DNA of 32,000 bases, from the NCBI RefSeq assembly GCF_000189295.2, contig NC_016803.1, positions 1,680,001-1,712,000 of the forward strand. Reading direction: 5' to 3'. This document shows positions 18,301-27,309 of the stretch, one piece after another; within the stretch, counting starts at the first letter, position 1, and each line of letters starts with the position of its first letter. The notes below the pieces were generated by a model, which did not search any database, had not been told where the DNA came from, and saw nothing but the letters and a program-made list of their open reading frames with translations. The stretch comes from Pseudodesulfovibrio mercurii (GTDB taxonomy: Bacteria; Desulfobacterota; Desulfovibrionia; Desulfovibrionales; Desulfovibrionaceae). The position numbers and the translations under genes were made by a program.

Positions 18301-18413
18301 CCCACGACGGCAGCGGCGGCGACTCCGCCAACCTGCTGTCCCCGGCCGTGGGCGACCCCAACACGGGCATCCCCGAAACCAAGGTCTTCGTGGCCAACGT
18401 CCGCAAGATGTAA
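15366..18413 (+). CDS. fdhA: Periplasmic formate dehydrogenase catalytic subunit (Mo/W-bis-PGD), Tat-exported, cysteine-type (no Sec codon)
   Basis: Start at ATG 15366 (AAAGGAG SD). Tat signal MTVNRRSFLKLAAVTAVSSAFCGLGFGSEALA. N-terminal 4Fe-4S motif CCYCAVGCG...C. Active-site stretch EHQARICHSSTV has TGC (15939-15941) where Sec-type enzymes carry TGA. The ORF is uninterrupted over 1015 aa. Confidence 0.93.
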   Translation: MTVNRRSFLKLAAVTAVSSAFCGLGFGSEALAVDRIAMLQPQWSKQTTSVCCYCAVGCGLIVNTDLKTKRAVNVEGDPDHPINEGATCAKGASIWQLAENDLRPKRPMYRAPHATEWKEVSWEWALGEIAKRVKKTRDASFTEKNAKGQVVNRCNGLASVGSAAIDNEECWTYQAMLRALGLVWIEHQARICHSSTVAALAESFGRGAMTNHWNDIANSDCILIMGSNAAENHPISFKWVTEAMTRGAKLIHIDPRFTRTSAKADLYCQIRAGSDIAVLGGLIKYILDNDLIQKDYVVSHTNATFVVGDKYDFHDGLFSGYHKNGDDADYAGAYDKSQWAYKTDAQGLPVRDETLTDPRCVYNLLKRHYARYTVDKVVSASGIDRDGLLEFYKSFAATGKPDRAGTIMYAMGWTQHTVGTQYIRTMSMVQLLLGNIGVSGGGVNALRGESNVQGSTDHCLLWHILPGYLAMPNASLSTYEAYVAAKAKPHLQGAKDPKSAAWWQYYPKYMSSFLKAMYPEATADQAYAWLPKAEDGTTYTWLQLFEAMDKKAFTGFFAWGMNPACGGANAGKNRRAMANLDWMVNVNIFDNETGSFWRGPGVDPKKVKTEVFFLPCCVSIEKEGSITNSGRWMQWRYQGPDPRGESKSDGHIMTELFEAVRALYAKEGGAFPEPISNLAVEMWKKDGQYDSNQVAKLINGYFLRDVTIKGTTYRKGTLVPSFTLLQDDGSTSSGNWLYCNSYTEQGNMGARRSTAQTPEQARIGLFPNWSWCWPLNRRIIYNRASCDNTGKPYAPQKPVITWNGEKWVGDVPDGGWAPGTKYAFIMQPHGHGRIFGPGRQDGPFPEHYEPMETLFKTHEFSAQLNNPTALRFAHEPMAVADPKYPYVVTTYRVTEHWQTGLMTRHTPWLLETMPQIFVEMSEELAREKGIANGEKVTVESIRGSIWAIAIVTKRMHPLTVMGRTVYQIGLPWCFGWQMPHDGSGGDSANLLSPAVGDPNTGIPETKVFVANVRKM

Positions 18414-18423
18414 GGAGAACGCA

Positions 18424-19149
18424 ATGAACGGTAAATCATTCCTGGTGGACCTGACCCGCTGCACCGCCTGCCGCGGCTGCCAGATCGCCTGCAAGCAATG
18501 GAAGAAGCTCCCGGCCGAGAAGACCACCAACTGGGGCTCGTACCAGAACCCCAAGGACCTGTCGTCCACGACCATCCGGCTGGTCCGCTTCGAGGAGGCC
18601 GTGGAGGACGGCAAGCTGTTCTGGCTGTTCTTCCCGGAGCAGTGCCGCCACTGCGTGGACGCCCCCTGCTCCACCGTGCCGGACAACCCCGAGGCCATCA
18701 TCCACGATCCCGAGACCGGGGCCGTGGTCTACACCGAACTGACGGCCAAGGAGGACGGCGAGTCCATCCGCATGGCCTGCCCCTATGACATCCCCCGGGT
18801 GGACCCGGTGACCAAGGTCGTGAACAAGTGCGACATGTGCATCGACCGGGTCCGGGCGGGCAAGCTCCCGGCCTGCGTCCAGGCCTGCCCCACCGGGACC
18901 ATGAACTTCGGCGACCGCGAGGACATGCTCAAGCTGGGCCAGGAGCGGCTCGCCGCGGCCAAGAAGAAGTATCCCAAGGCCATGCTGGTGGACCCGGACT
19001 CCACGCGGGTCATCTACCTGGCGGGCGTCTCGCCGGACAGCTACTCCAAGTACCTGGAGTCGGACGCCTCGGACGCCATGCCGGACAAGATGTCCCGGAA
19101 GCGGTTCCTGGCCGGGCTGGGCGCCCGCGCGCGGACCATGCGTTCCTGA
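18424..19149 (+). CDS. fdhB: Formate dehydrogenase iron-sulfur (beta) subunit, multiple 4Fe-4S ferredoxin-type clusters
   Basis: 241 aa. CTACRGCQIAC, CRHCVDAPC, CPYDIP, CDMCIDRVRAGKLPACVQACPTG. AAGGAG SD 6 nt before the ATG. 10 nt downstream of fdhA. Confidence 0.9.
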   Translation: MNGKSFLVDLTRCTACRGCQIACKQWKKLPAEKTTNWGSYQNPKDLSSTTIRLVRFEEAVEDGKLFWLFFPEQCRHCVDAPCSTVPDNPEAIIHDPETGAVVYTELTAKEDGESIRMACPYDIPRVDPVTKVVNKCDMCIDRVRAGKLPACVQACPTGTMNFGDREDMLKLGQERLAAAKKKYPKAMLVDPDSTRVIYLAGVSPDSYSKYLESDASDAMPDKMSRKRFLAGLGARARTMRS

Positions 19150-19193
19150 CGATTCGGCGCGTCCCCGCCGGGGGGCGCGTACACCTCCATACC

Positions 19194-19227
19194 GTCGGCC
19201 CGGCCCCTGCCGGGCCGACGCTTTTTT
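19194..19227 (+). terminator. Rho-independent terminator of fdhAB
   Basis: 11-bp stem GTCGGCCCGGC / GCCGGGCCGAC, loop CCCT, then GCTTTTTT. It is preceded by a second GC hairpin at about 19156-19181. Confidence 0.8.
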
Positions 19228-19255
19228 ACGGGAATTCGAGGCCCGGAGGGCCAGG

Positions 19256-21766
19256 TCAGCGCCCCCGGCACCAGCCGGAGTGCAGGGACTCGCGCACCCG
19301 GCACAGGAAGGTCCGGTTGCGCGCGGAGCCCTCGCCCGTGTGCCGGTAGATGTACACCTTGACGTAGTCGGTCAGGAAGGCCCAGACCAGGGAGTAGGCC
19401 CAGACCAGGCCGATGGCCCCCCAGTTGATGGGCGCGATGAGCCCGAAGCCCCAGGCCGCCAGGAAGGTCCCCAGGAGCTTGGTGCCCACGGCGGACCAGA
19501 CCATGACCGGCGCGGGATACGGCGGCTCCCAGAAGTGCCCCCGGCTGCGCGAGACGAACAGGGTCAGGTGCCCGGACACGGCCATCTTCAGGAAGATGTA
19601 GGTCTGGACCTCGCCGATGGACAGGTGCAGCCAGGTCAGCCCCAGGTAGAGCATCAGGAAGCTGCCGAACACCCCGGTCAACCCCATGGCCAGGGAGACC
19701 GACAGGACCCGGTGCATGTCCCAGCGGACCGGGTCGGGGTCCAGCCAGGTGCGGTCGTAGGCGATGGTGATGATCGGCACGTCGTTCAGGAAGGCCAGCA
19801 GGATGATCATGATGGCCGTGATGGGATAGAAGTTGAAGGCGATCATGGCCAGGACCACGAAGATCATGATCCGGATGGTCTCGGTGATGCGGTAGATGGC
19901 GTAGCTGTCCATGCGCTCGAAGATGCGCCGGGCCTCCTCCACCGCGTGGATGATGACCGAGATGCCCGGCGCGGTCAGGACCAGGTCGGCGGCCATGCGC
20001 GCCGCGTCCGTGGCCCCGCTCACGGCGATGCCCATGTCCGCCTGCTTCAGGGCGGGGGCGTCATTGACCCCGTCGCCGGTCATGCCCACGATGTGGTTGC
20101 GCGACTGCAACAGCTTGACGATGTTGTACTTGTGCTCCGGGAAGACCTGGGCGAAGCCGTCGGACTTCTCGACCTCCCCGGCGGCGTCCCGGAGGCTCGC
20201 CGGGTTGTCCGCGTCGGCCTGGAGCCACTTGCCCGCCACGGAGATGTTTTGGCCCAGGTTCAGCTGGCCGGAGATTTCCTTGGCGATGGCCAGGTTGTCG
20301 CCCGTGACCATCTTGACCTCGATGCCGTGCTTCCCGGCCTGCTCGATGGTCTCCCGCGAGTCCTCGCGCGGCGGGTCGAACAGGGGCAGGATGCCCAGGA
20401 AGCGCCACTGCCCGTCCTCGTCGCTGCGGGCCACGCCGATGGTCCGGTATCCCTTGACCGCGAAGCCCTGGGAGGCCTCCTCGGCCTTCGCCCGGATGGC
20501 CTCGTCCACCCAGGACAGGTCCAGAATGACCTGGAGCGCGCCCTTGCTGACCTTGAACTCCGCGCCGTCCGGCCCCTTGACCAGGGCCTCGGTGCGCTTG
20601 CTCACCGGGTCGAAGGGCACGAACTTCTCCTGGGCGTATTGCGACAGGACCCCCTTGTCCGCAAGCCCGTCCATGACCGCGATATCGATGGCGTCCTCGT
20701 TCTCGACCTTGGAGGCCAGGCTCCCGGCCAGGACGAGGTCGGCCTCGTCCGTGGCCGCGAAGACCACGGGCTCGCCGAGCCTGAGCTTGTTCTGGGTCAG
20801 GGTGCCGGTCTTGTCCGAGCAGAGGATGTCCATGCCCGCCATCTCCTCGATGGACTCCAACCGCGAGACGATGGCCTTCTCCCTGGACAGGGCCAGGGCC
20901 CCCACGGCCATGGTCACGGAGAGCACGGCGGGCATGGCCACCGGGATGGAGGCCACGGTCAGGATCAGGGCGAACTGGACCAGCTCCAGGAACGGGGTGC
21001 CCCGGAAGAGCTGGACCACGATGAGCACGGCCACCAGGGCCAGGCTGAGAAAGATCAGGTAGTCGCCGATGCGGATGACCGCCTTCTGGAAGTGCGAGAC
21101 CGCCTTGGCGTCGGACACCAGCCGGGCGGTCTTGCCGAAGAAGGTCTCCGCGCCCGTGGCCGTGACCACGGCCTCCATCTCGCCCTGGCGGGCCACGGCC
21201 CCGGAATAGGCCAGGTTGCCCACGCCCTTCTGCACGGGCAGGGACTCGCCGGTCAGGGCGGACTGGTCCACGCTGAGGAAGTCGCCGTCCACCAGGCGGC
21301 AATCGGCCGGGATGATGTCGCCCATGCGCAGCCGGATGACGTCGCCGGGCACCAGGTCGCGGGCCTCGACGCTCCGCCACTCGCCGTCGCGCAGGACCCG
21401 GCCCTTGAGGGCCAGCTTGCTCTTCAGGGCGTCCACGGCGTTGCCCGCCTGGTACTCCTGCCAGAACCCGACCACCGCGTTGAAGACCAGCAGGGCCAGG
21501 ATGATGGCGAAGTCCGCCCAGTGGCGCACGGCCAGGGAGAGGATGGCGGCCACCTCGATCATCCAGGGGATGGGCCCCCAGAAGTAGCCGAGGAACTGCA
21601 TCAATGGGCTGACCTTGTGCTCCTCCAGGGCGTTGGGCCCATACTGGGCCAGACGCCGGGCGGTCTCGGCCCCGTCCAGCCCCTGGGGGCCGGAGTGCTG
21701 GGCCGCGAAGACCTCTTCGGGGCTCTGGTAATCCTGTTCGTTGGCGTTCGTGGTGGGTGTGGCCAT
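19256..21766 (-). CDS. P-type ATPase, P3A subfamily (plasma-membrane proton-efflux ATPase-like)
   Basis: Start at ATG 21766 (GGAGGA SD); the ORF-track extension to 22057 is rejected. Motifs: TGES (ALTGESLPV), CSDKTGTLTQNKL, MVTGDNLAIAKE, GDGVNDAPALKQADMGIAV. The N-terminus GPNALEEHKVSPLMQFLGYFWGPIPWMIEVAAILS closely parallels plant AHA / fungal PMA1 N-termini. Confidence 0.88.
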   Translation of the reverse strand: MATPTTNANEQDYQSPEEVFAAQHSGPQGLDGAETARRLAQYGPNALEEHKVSPLMQFLGYFWGPIPWMIEVAAILSLAVRHWADFAIILALLVFNAVVGFWQEYQAGNAVDALKSKLALKGRVLRDGEWRSVEARDLVPGDVIRLRMGDIIPADCRLVDGDFLSVDQSALTGESLPVQKGVGNLAYSGAVARQGEMEAVVTATGAETFFGKTARLVSDAKAVSHFQKAVIRIGDYLIFLSLALVAVLIVVQLFRGTPFLELVQFALILTVASIPVAMPAVLSVTMAVGALALSREKAIVSRLESIEEMAGMDILCSDKTGTLTQNKLRLGEPVVFAATDEADLVLAGSLASKVENEDAIDIAVMDGLADKGVLSQYAQEKFVPFDPVSKRTEALVKGPDGAEFKVSKGALQVILDLSWVDEAIRAKAEEASQGFAVKGYRTIGVARSDEDGQWRFLGILPLFDPPREDSRETIEQAGKHGIEVKMVTGDNLAIAKEISGQLNLGQNISVAGKWLQADADNPASLRDAAGEVEKSDGFAQVFPEHKYNIVKLLQSRNHIVGMTGDGVNDAPALKQADMGIAVSGATDAARMAADLVLTAPGISVIIHAVEEARRIFERMDSYAIYRITETIRIMIFVVLAMIAFNFYPITAIMIILLAFLNDVPIITIAYDRTWLDPDPVRWDMHRVLSVSLAMGLTGVFGSFLMLYLGLTWLHLSIGEVQTYIFLKMAVSGHLTLFVSRSRGHFWEPPYPAPVMVWSAVGTKLLGTFLAAWGFGLIAPINWGAIGLVWAYSLVWAFLTDYVKVYIYRHTGEGSARNRTFLCRVRESLHSGWCRGR

Positions 21767-22094
21767 GGTCGTGTCCTCCGCTATGAAACGCCTGCCGCGC
21801 GGCAGGTTGCGTTGCGTGTTCATCGGCGGCGTGCGGCGATGGCGGGCCGACGGACCCGGCCGGGCCGGGTCGGCGTCCGTCCGCGACACGGCGGGCGGAA
21901 CGCAACCGATACCGGCAACCATAGCACACATGGCCTGTTTTGGAAAAGGGACGGGACCCGGCGGACGGCCTGTCGGGCGGGTCCGGCCGATGGGCGGCAA
22001 GGGGCTCGTTTCACAGGTGATCGGCCTGAGGCTCCGGGCGGCGGCGCAAACCGTCACCGAATCGTCACAGTACGGAGCGCGGGGCCGGAGCGGA

Positions 22095-23138
22095 TCAGGC
22101 CGGTTCCGGGAGCAGGCGCACGGCCACCCGCGCGCCCGGCGTCAGGCGCGGCCCGAAGGCCGGGCAGTGGGCCTCCACGGGCGGGAAGTCCGGGTCCCCG
22201 GCACGGCGCAGGAGGTAGCGCACATAGGGGCCCATGAACAGGGCCTCGGCCACCACAAAGGGGCCGTCCGCGTCCGGTTCCGGGCGGACCCGCTCCGGGC
22301 GCAGGACGACCAGGCCGCCGCGCGCATTTTCGTCGAGAGGGCCGAACAGGCGCTCCAGCCGGTCGGGCCACCCGTCCCCGGCAAAGCAGTTGGCGCTGCC
22401 CAGGAACCCGGCGGCAAAGGCCGAGGCCGGGCGGCGGTAGAGTTCCTCGGGCGGGCCCTGCTGCTCCAGCCGCCCGTCGCGCAGGAGCACGATGCGGTCG
22501 GCCAGGGCGAAGGCCTCCTCCTTGTCGTGGGTGACGAAGACCGTGGTGATGCCGAGCCGACGGCGCAGCTCGGCCAGTTCGCCGCGCATGGCCTCGCGCA
22601 GCCGGGCGTCCAGGTTGGAGAAGGGCTCGTCCAGGAGGAGCGCGTCCGGGCCGGTGACCAGGGCGCGGGCCAGGGCCACCCGCTGCTGTTCTCCGCCCGA
22701 GAGCTCGTGCACACGGCGGTCGGCGTAGCCGTCCAGGCGGACCATGGCCAGGGCGTCCAGGGCGGCCCGGCGGACCGCCGCCCCGTCCATGCCGCCCCGG
22801 CTGCGCAGCCCGTAGGCCACGTTGTCGAACACGTCCATGTGCGGGAACAGGGCGTAGTTCTGGAAGACGAAGCCGAGGTTGCGCCGCTGCGGGGGCAGGC
22901 CGCGCATGTCGCGCCCGTTGATGCGGATGGTCCCAGCGTCCGGCGCCTCCAGCCCGGCGATGAGCCGCAGGGTGGTGGACTTGCCGCACCCGGACGGGCC
23001 GAGCAGGCAGCACAGTTCGCCGGGCGCCAGGCGCACGGTCAGATCGGCCACGGCCGGGGTCCCGGCGTAGGCCTTGGTCACGCCGGCCAGTTCGATGTCA
23101 GCCCCGGCCGGGGAACGGGAGTCGGTCGTCGAGTTCAT
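22095..23138 (-). CDS. ABC transporter ATP-binding protein (FbpC/PotA-type importer ATPase with C-terminal regulatory/TOBE-like domain)
   Basis: Walker A GPSGCGKST, signature LSGGEQQRV, Walker B LLLDEPFS. The annotated start overlaps the permease 3' end by 41 nt. Confidence 0.88.
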   Translation of the reverse strand: MNSTTDSRSPAGADIELAGVTKAYAGTPAVADLTVRLAPGELCCLLGPSGCGKSTTLRLIAGLEAPDAGTIRINGRDMRGLPPQRRNLGFVFQNYALFPHMDVFDNVAYGLRSRGGMDGAAVRRAALDALAMVRLDGYADRRVHELSGGEQQRVALARALVTGPDALLLDEPFSNLDARLREAMRGELAELRRRLGITTVFVTHDKEEAFALADRIVLLRDGRLEQQGPPEELYRRPASAFAAGFLGSANCFAGDGWPDRLERLFGPLDENARGGLVVLRPERVRPEPDADGPFVVAEALFMGPYVRYLLRRAGDPDFPPVEAHCPAFGPRLTPGARVAVRLLPEPA

Positions 23139-24768
23139 TGCGCTTCCTGTTTCGGGTTGAGGCCAGGACGATGAGGGCCGCGCCCGCGCCCGCCATGGCC
23201 AGCATGATGGTGGAAAAGGCCGCTGCCTGGCCCACTTCGCCCCGGACCACGGCCTCGAACACGTCCACGGACAAGAGCCGCGTGCCCGGCGTGATGATGA
23301 AGATGATGGACCCCAGGGCCTGGACCGAGGTGACGAAGGCGTACAGCCCGCCCGCCAGCATGGCCGTGCGCACCGAGGGCAGGACCACGCGCAGGAAGGT
23401 CCGGGTGCGCGACGCGCCCAGGCAGAGGGAGGCCTCCTCCTGGGCCCGGTTCTGGCGGGCCAGGACCGAGGCCCCGGCGCGCAGCCCCATGGGCAGTTTG
23501 CGGACCACCAGGTTGAGGACCACGATGGCCCAGGTGCCGGTCAGGATGAGCGGCGGCCGGTTGAAGGCCAGGGCGTAGCCCACGCCGATGAAGGTGCCGG
23601 GCACGGCGAAGGGCAGGGTGGCCATGACGTCCAGCAGGCGCGCGCCGGGGATGCGCACCCGCTTGACCAGGTAGGCCAGGACCTGCCCGCCCAGGGCGGA
23701 CAGCGCGCCCACGGCCAGGGAGAAGACCAGGGTATTGCGGGTACTGGCGAAGCCGCGCGTGAACACGGTCTGGAAGTATTCCAGGGTGGGCGCGAACGAA
23801 TTCCCCGCGTTGCGCGTGAAGGCGGCCAGGAGCACGGCCCCGAGCAGGGCGAGCATGTACACGGAGAAGAGCAGACAGACGGCCCAGACCGCCCGGCCCG
23901 GCCAGCCCAGGTCCAGCCGGGCCACGGGCCGGGACTGATCCATGACCCGGTCGCGGCCGAAGCGCGACTCCAGCGCCCCGTAGCCCGAATAGGCCAGCAG
24001 GCAGAAGCCGAGCAGGATCACGTTCAGGGCCGAGGCCGAGGCCGCGTCGTAGCGCCCGATGAGCTGGGTGTAGGAGGCCGAGGCCAGGGTGTCGAAGGGC
24101 CCGCCGACCACCAGCGGGGTGCCGAAGTCGGACATGGAGTGCATGAAGTTGAGCAGGAAGGCGGCCGCGCCGAGCGGCGAGGCCAGGGCCAGGGTGATGG
24201 TCCGCAGCACGCGCCACGGCCCGGCCCCCAGGCTCCCGGCGGCCTCCTCCAGGGCGGGGTCGATGTGGCGCAGGGCGGCCAGGGACAGGAGAAAGGCCGT
24301 GGTGGTCTGGTCCAGGGCCTGGAGGACCAGCACGCTCTTCCAGCTGTACACGTCCCAGGAGATGTGCAGCCAGCGGTAGGTGATCAGCCCGTTGCGCCCG
24401 AAGAGAAAGATGTAGGCGATGGAGGTGACGAAGCCGGGCAGGATGATGGGCAGGAGCGCCGTGGCCCCCATGAGCCGTTTCAGGGGCGCGTCGGTCTTGG
24501 CCACGACCACGGCCAGGGCCCCGCCCATGAGCGAGGCGGCCAGGGACCCGGCCAGGGCCACGCCCAGGCTCGACCCGACCATGGCCCGCAGGCGCGGCCC
24601 CTCCCACAGCCGGGCGTAGGCGGCCAGCCCCCACTCCCCGCCGGGGCGCAGGCTCTCGACCAGTACGGTCAGGGCCGGATAGCCCACCAGCAGGAGGAGC
24701 ACGGCAAAGACCGCGCAGGAGATCGCATACCCCCTGTTGCGGGAAAGAACGGCGCTGGGCGCGGACAT
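23098..24768 (-). CDS. ABC transporter permease, duplicated (two-module) Fe(III)/thiamine-type permease (FbpB-like)
   Basis: 556 aa with about 12 TM helices in two homologous halves, each with an EAA-like loop (LEEAAGSLGAGPWRV and QEEASLCLGASRTRTF). GGAGGA SD before ATG 24768. Confidence 0.85.
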   Translation of the reverse strand: MSAPSAVLSRNRGYAISCAVFAVLLLLVGYPALTVLVESLRPGGEWGLAAYARLWEGPRLRAMVGSSLGVALAGSLAASLMGGALAVVVAKTDAPLKRLMGATALLPIILPGFVTSIAYIFLFGRNGLITYRWLHISWDVYSWKSVLVLQALDQTTTAFLLSLAALRHIDPALEEAAGSLGAGPWRVLRTITLALASPLGAAAFLLNFMHSMSDFGTPLVVGGPFDTLASASYTQLIGRYDAASASALNVILLGFCLLAYSGYGALESRFGRDRVMDQSRPVARLDLGWPGRAVWAVCLLFSVYMLALLGAVLLAAFTRNAGNSFAPTLEYFQTVFTRGFASTRNTLVFSLAVGALSALGGQVLAYLVKRVRIPGARLLDVMATLPFAVPGTFIGVGYALAFNRPPLILTGTWAIVVLNLVVRKLPMGLRAGASVLARQNRAQEEASLCLGASRTRTFLRVVLPSVRTAMLAGGLYAFVTSVQALGSIIFIITPGTRLLSVDVFEAVVRGEVGQAAAFSTIMLAMAGAGAALIVLASTRNRKRNELDDRLPFPGRG

Positions 24769-24837
24769 GTCCGGGTCAATCCTCCACGGCTGCGGAAACG
24801 GGCCTCCGTCCGCAGGACGGAGGCCCGCAAGGCCGGG

Positions 24838-25842
24838 CTATTGATACTTGGGGAAGCGCTTGTTGAACTCGGCGACCACCCGCTCGCGCTCGTTGCCCCA
24901 GTGCAGAATGTCGTAGGCCACGAGGTTGAGGTCGGACAGCCGGGGCACGCCGGGCAGGGGCTCCACGTCCGTGGTCGGCACGCGCGGCGAGGCCTGCATG
25001 AGGACCTTCTGGCCCTCGGGGCTCAGGCACCAGTCCACGAACTTCCCGGCGTTCTCCGGATGCCTGGCGCCCGCGACGATGGACACGGGCGAGGGCCAGG
25101 CCAGGACGCCGTCGGTCGGGTAGACCACGGCCAGGGGCGCGTCCGGGTTCTTGTTCGCCAGGATGTGCGGATCCGGGGCGATGCCCACGGCGAACTCGCC
25201 GGACAGGGCCATCTTGCCCGGGGCCGAACCGGACTTGGTCAGGAACGGGATGTTGGCGTAGAGCTTGTCCAGGAACGGCCAGCCCGCCTTCTCGCCCTTG
25301 ATCTGGAGGATGCCGGAGACCGTGGTGTAGGCCGTGCCCGAGGTGTTCAGGTTGGAGGCCGAGACCTCGTCGCGGTAGTCGGGCGAGGCCAGCTCGTCCC
25401 AGGTCATGGGGACTTCGAGGCCCTTGCCCGCCAGCCGGTCCTTGTTGGCCAGGAAGCCGACCACCACCAGGGACACGCCGGTCCAGTAGCCGTCCGGGTC
25501 CTTGAAGGCCTTGTCCACGCGGCTCGCGTTGGGGGCCTTGAAGGGCGCGGTCAGCCCCTCCTTCTTTGCCTGGATAAAGGCGTCGGACCCGCCGCCGAAC
25601 CAGACGTCCGCGCCGGGATTGGCCTTCTCGGCCCGCAGCCGGGTGAGCACCTCGCCCGACGACATGGTCAGAAATTCCACCTTGATGCCGGTGGCCGCCT
25701 CGAATTGCTGGGCGATGATCTCGGGCCCGCCGTAGGCAACGTACATGGTCAGTTTCTTTTCCTCGGCCCGGACCGCGCCCGCGCTCAGGCAGACCGCCGC
25801 GATCAGGGCGGCCGCCAGGGCCGCGAACTTGAATGTGCGCAT
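24838..25842 (-). CDS. Periplasmic substrate-binding protein of the ABC importer (Fe(III)-type / SBP_bac_6-8-like)
   Basis: Start at ATG 25842 (AAGGAG SD) gives signal peptide MRTFKFAALAAALIAAVCLSAGAVRA. The ORF-track extension to 25935 is rejected. Pattern: LTMYVAYGGPE...VWFGGGSDAF... Confidence 0.8.
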   Translation of the reverse strand: MRTFKFAALAAALIAAVCLSAGAVRAEEKKLTMYVAYGGPEIIAQQFEAATGIKVEFLTMSSGEVLTRLRAEKANPGADVWFGGGSDAFIQAKKEGLTAPFKAPNASRVDKAFKDPDGYWTGVSLVVVGFLANKDRLAGKGLEVPMTWDELASPDYRDEVSASNLNTSGTAYTTVSGILQIKGEKAGWPFLDKLYANIPFLTKSGSAPGKMALSGEFAVGIAPDPHILANKNPDAPLAVVYPTDGVLAWPSPVSIVAGARHPENAGKFVDWCLSPEGQKVLMQASPRVPTTDVEPLPGVPRLSDLNLVAYDILHWGNERERVVAEFNKRFPKYQ

Positions 25843-25988
25843 GGTCAACTCCAACTCCTTGAGGTTCATGCAGGACTTTTCCACCAATGCCCAGACCCTA
25901 TAGGAATCGGGAGGGGCCGAAAAATCGTTATCCACTATTCATCGCGGCCGACGTATAGACAAATGCTATGGACCACCCGGACACGGCC

Positions 25989-26282
25989 CTATCCGGCCGT
26001 CTCGACCGCCTCCCAGAGGGCGACCTCGGACGGACGGGCGGTCAGGTCCGCGGTGGCCGCATGCATGGCGGCCATGTGCGGGGTGCGGCCGTGGGCCTCA
26101 AGGTGGGCCGGACTCGCCCATATTTCATAGAAGAGGAAGACGCCGCCCGCGCGGTGCAGGTCGTAGCGCAGGCAGCCGGGTTCGGCACGGACCGCGTCCA
26201 CCACCTTGCGCAGTTCGCTTTCCAGGGCCGCCGCGCAGCCCTCCCTGGCCGTGATCACGGCCGTTACGTAGGTCTTTGCCAT
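25989..26282 (-). CDS. Small ABM (antibiotic-biosynthesis-monooxygenase-like, ferredoxin-fold) domain protein
   Basis: 97 aa from ATG 26282 (AAGGAG SD): MAKTYVTAVITAREGCAAALESELRKVVDAVRAEPGCLRYDLH...FLFYEIWASPAHLEAH. The upstream part of the 233-aa track ORF is Arg/Pro-rich and is rejected. Confidence 0.7.
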   Translation of the reverse strand: MAKTYVTAVITAREGCAAALESELRKVVDAVRAEPGCLRYDLHRAGGVFLFYEIWASPAHLEAHGRTPHMAAMHAATADLTARPSEVALWEAVETAG

Positions 26283-26709
26283 ATCTGAAACTCCTTGGTT
26301 GCGCCGGGGCCATTTCCCCGGCCGGGCCGGGTCAGGGTAGCCCACCGCCGCCGGGCGGGCAACCAACGGAACGCGATTTTCGGGGAGTGGGAAAAATCCG
26401 TGTAACCGCCGTCGGGCGAACCGCGATGTTACCACTGTGGGCGGTGCGTTTCCCGACCCACGGGTTTCCGGACGGACCGACGCCGGACGCGGCGCCCCCT
26501 CCCTCCGGCCGGAGACCCGGCTCTTTCGATCCGCCAATCCCTGCGGAACGGGACAACGTCTCCCGCTCCGTCCCGCAGGGGGATCGATCTCCCCCGGGGC
26601 CGCGCCCAGCGCGGCCCCGCAATGGAAACAGGGCGCGGTCCCGCTTGTGACATCGCGCCGCATGAGGCATGCTGCGGACATTGATGGCACCTCAACGATA
26701 AAGGGTCAA

Positions 26710-27309
26710 ATGCCCGTACACATGGACGACGAAGAGGTCATCGAGCGCATCCTCGATGGCGACCGGGACGCGTTTGCGCTCCTGCTCAGGCGGCACGAGA
26801 GCCACGTCTCCCGGCTGGTGGCCGCCCACGTCCCCCCGGACCAGGCGGCCGAGGTGGCGCACGAGGCGTTCATCCGCGCCTACCGGGGGTTGCCGGGGTA
26901 CCGGCCGATCAAGCCGTTCCGCAACTGGCTGACCACGGTGACCCTGCGCTGCTGCAAGGATTACTGGCGGCGGGAATACCGGAACAGGGAAGCTCCGGTG
27001 TGCGACCTGAGCGAGGACGGGCAGCGCTGGCTGGACACGGCCCTGGCCGCGAACTCGACCGAGGCCTTCGAGACCCTGGCCCGGCAACGCGAACTGGGCG
27101 AGGTCCTGGACGCGGTCCTGAACATGCTTTCACCCATGGACCGCATGGTCATGACCTTAAGCTATCTGGAGGAACGGCCGACCAGTGAGACGGCCGAGAT
27201 GCTCGGCATCAGCGTGCCCAACGTCAAGGTGCGCGCCTTCCGGGCCAAACGGAAACTCAAGGGCTTTCTCAAACGCTACGGCATCCAAGGAGAGGAGCAT
27301 GAAGCGTAG
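26710..27309 (+). CDS. ECF-type RNA polymerase sigma-70 family factor
   Basis: 199 aa from ATG 26710 (AAAGGG 5 nt upstream). Region 2: DAFALLLRRHESHVSRLVAAHV...AEVAHEAFIRAYRGL. Region 4 HTH: ERPTSETAEMLGISVPNVKVRAFRAKRKLK. Confidence 0.88.
   Translation: MPVHMDDEEVIERILDGDRDAFALLLRRHESHVSRLVAAHVPPDQAAEVAHEAFIRAYRGLPGYRPIKPFRNWLTTVTLRCCKDYWRREYRNREAPVCDLSEDGQRWLDTALAANSTEAFETLARQRELGEVLDAVLNMLSPMDRMVMTLSYLEERPTSETAEMLGISVPNVKVRAFRAKRKLKGFLKRYGIQGEEHEA

Noticed and set aside
15366-18413. In-frame TGA (selenocysteine) and SECIS in fdhA
   Set aside because: The ORF is continuous, and the catalytic position reads TGC (Cys) at 15939-15941, so no recoding is needed.
19280-22237. 985-aa + strand ORF, and the 622-aa out-of-frame minus-strand ORF (20061-21929)
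   Set aside because: They overlap the P-type ATPase, which has all canonical motifs in its own frame. These alternatives are Arg/Gly/Pro-rich with no motifs.
23098-23138. 41-nt overlap between the ABC permease 3' end and the ATPase 5' end, as a possible frameshift or fusion
   Set aside because: Both reading frames are intact with normal termini. Overlaps of this size occur in ABC operons. An alternative non-ATG start for the ATPase cannot be excluded, but nothing suggests a pseudogene.
26283-26709. ECF-type autoregulated promoter (GGAAC ... CGTC) upstream of the sigma gene, and the 10-bp-stem hairpin GGGGCCGCGC-cca-GCGCGGCCCC at 26596-26618
   Set aside because: The best GGAAC/CGTC pair (about 26545-26575) has a spacer of about 19 nt, longer than the usual 16-17. 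The hairpin has no U-tract. That is too weak to call without the ECF-group motif or TSS data.
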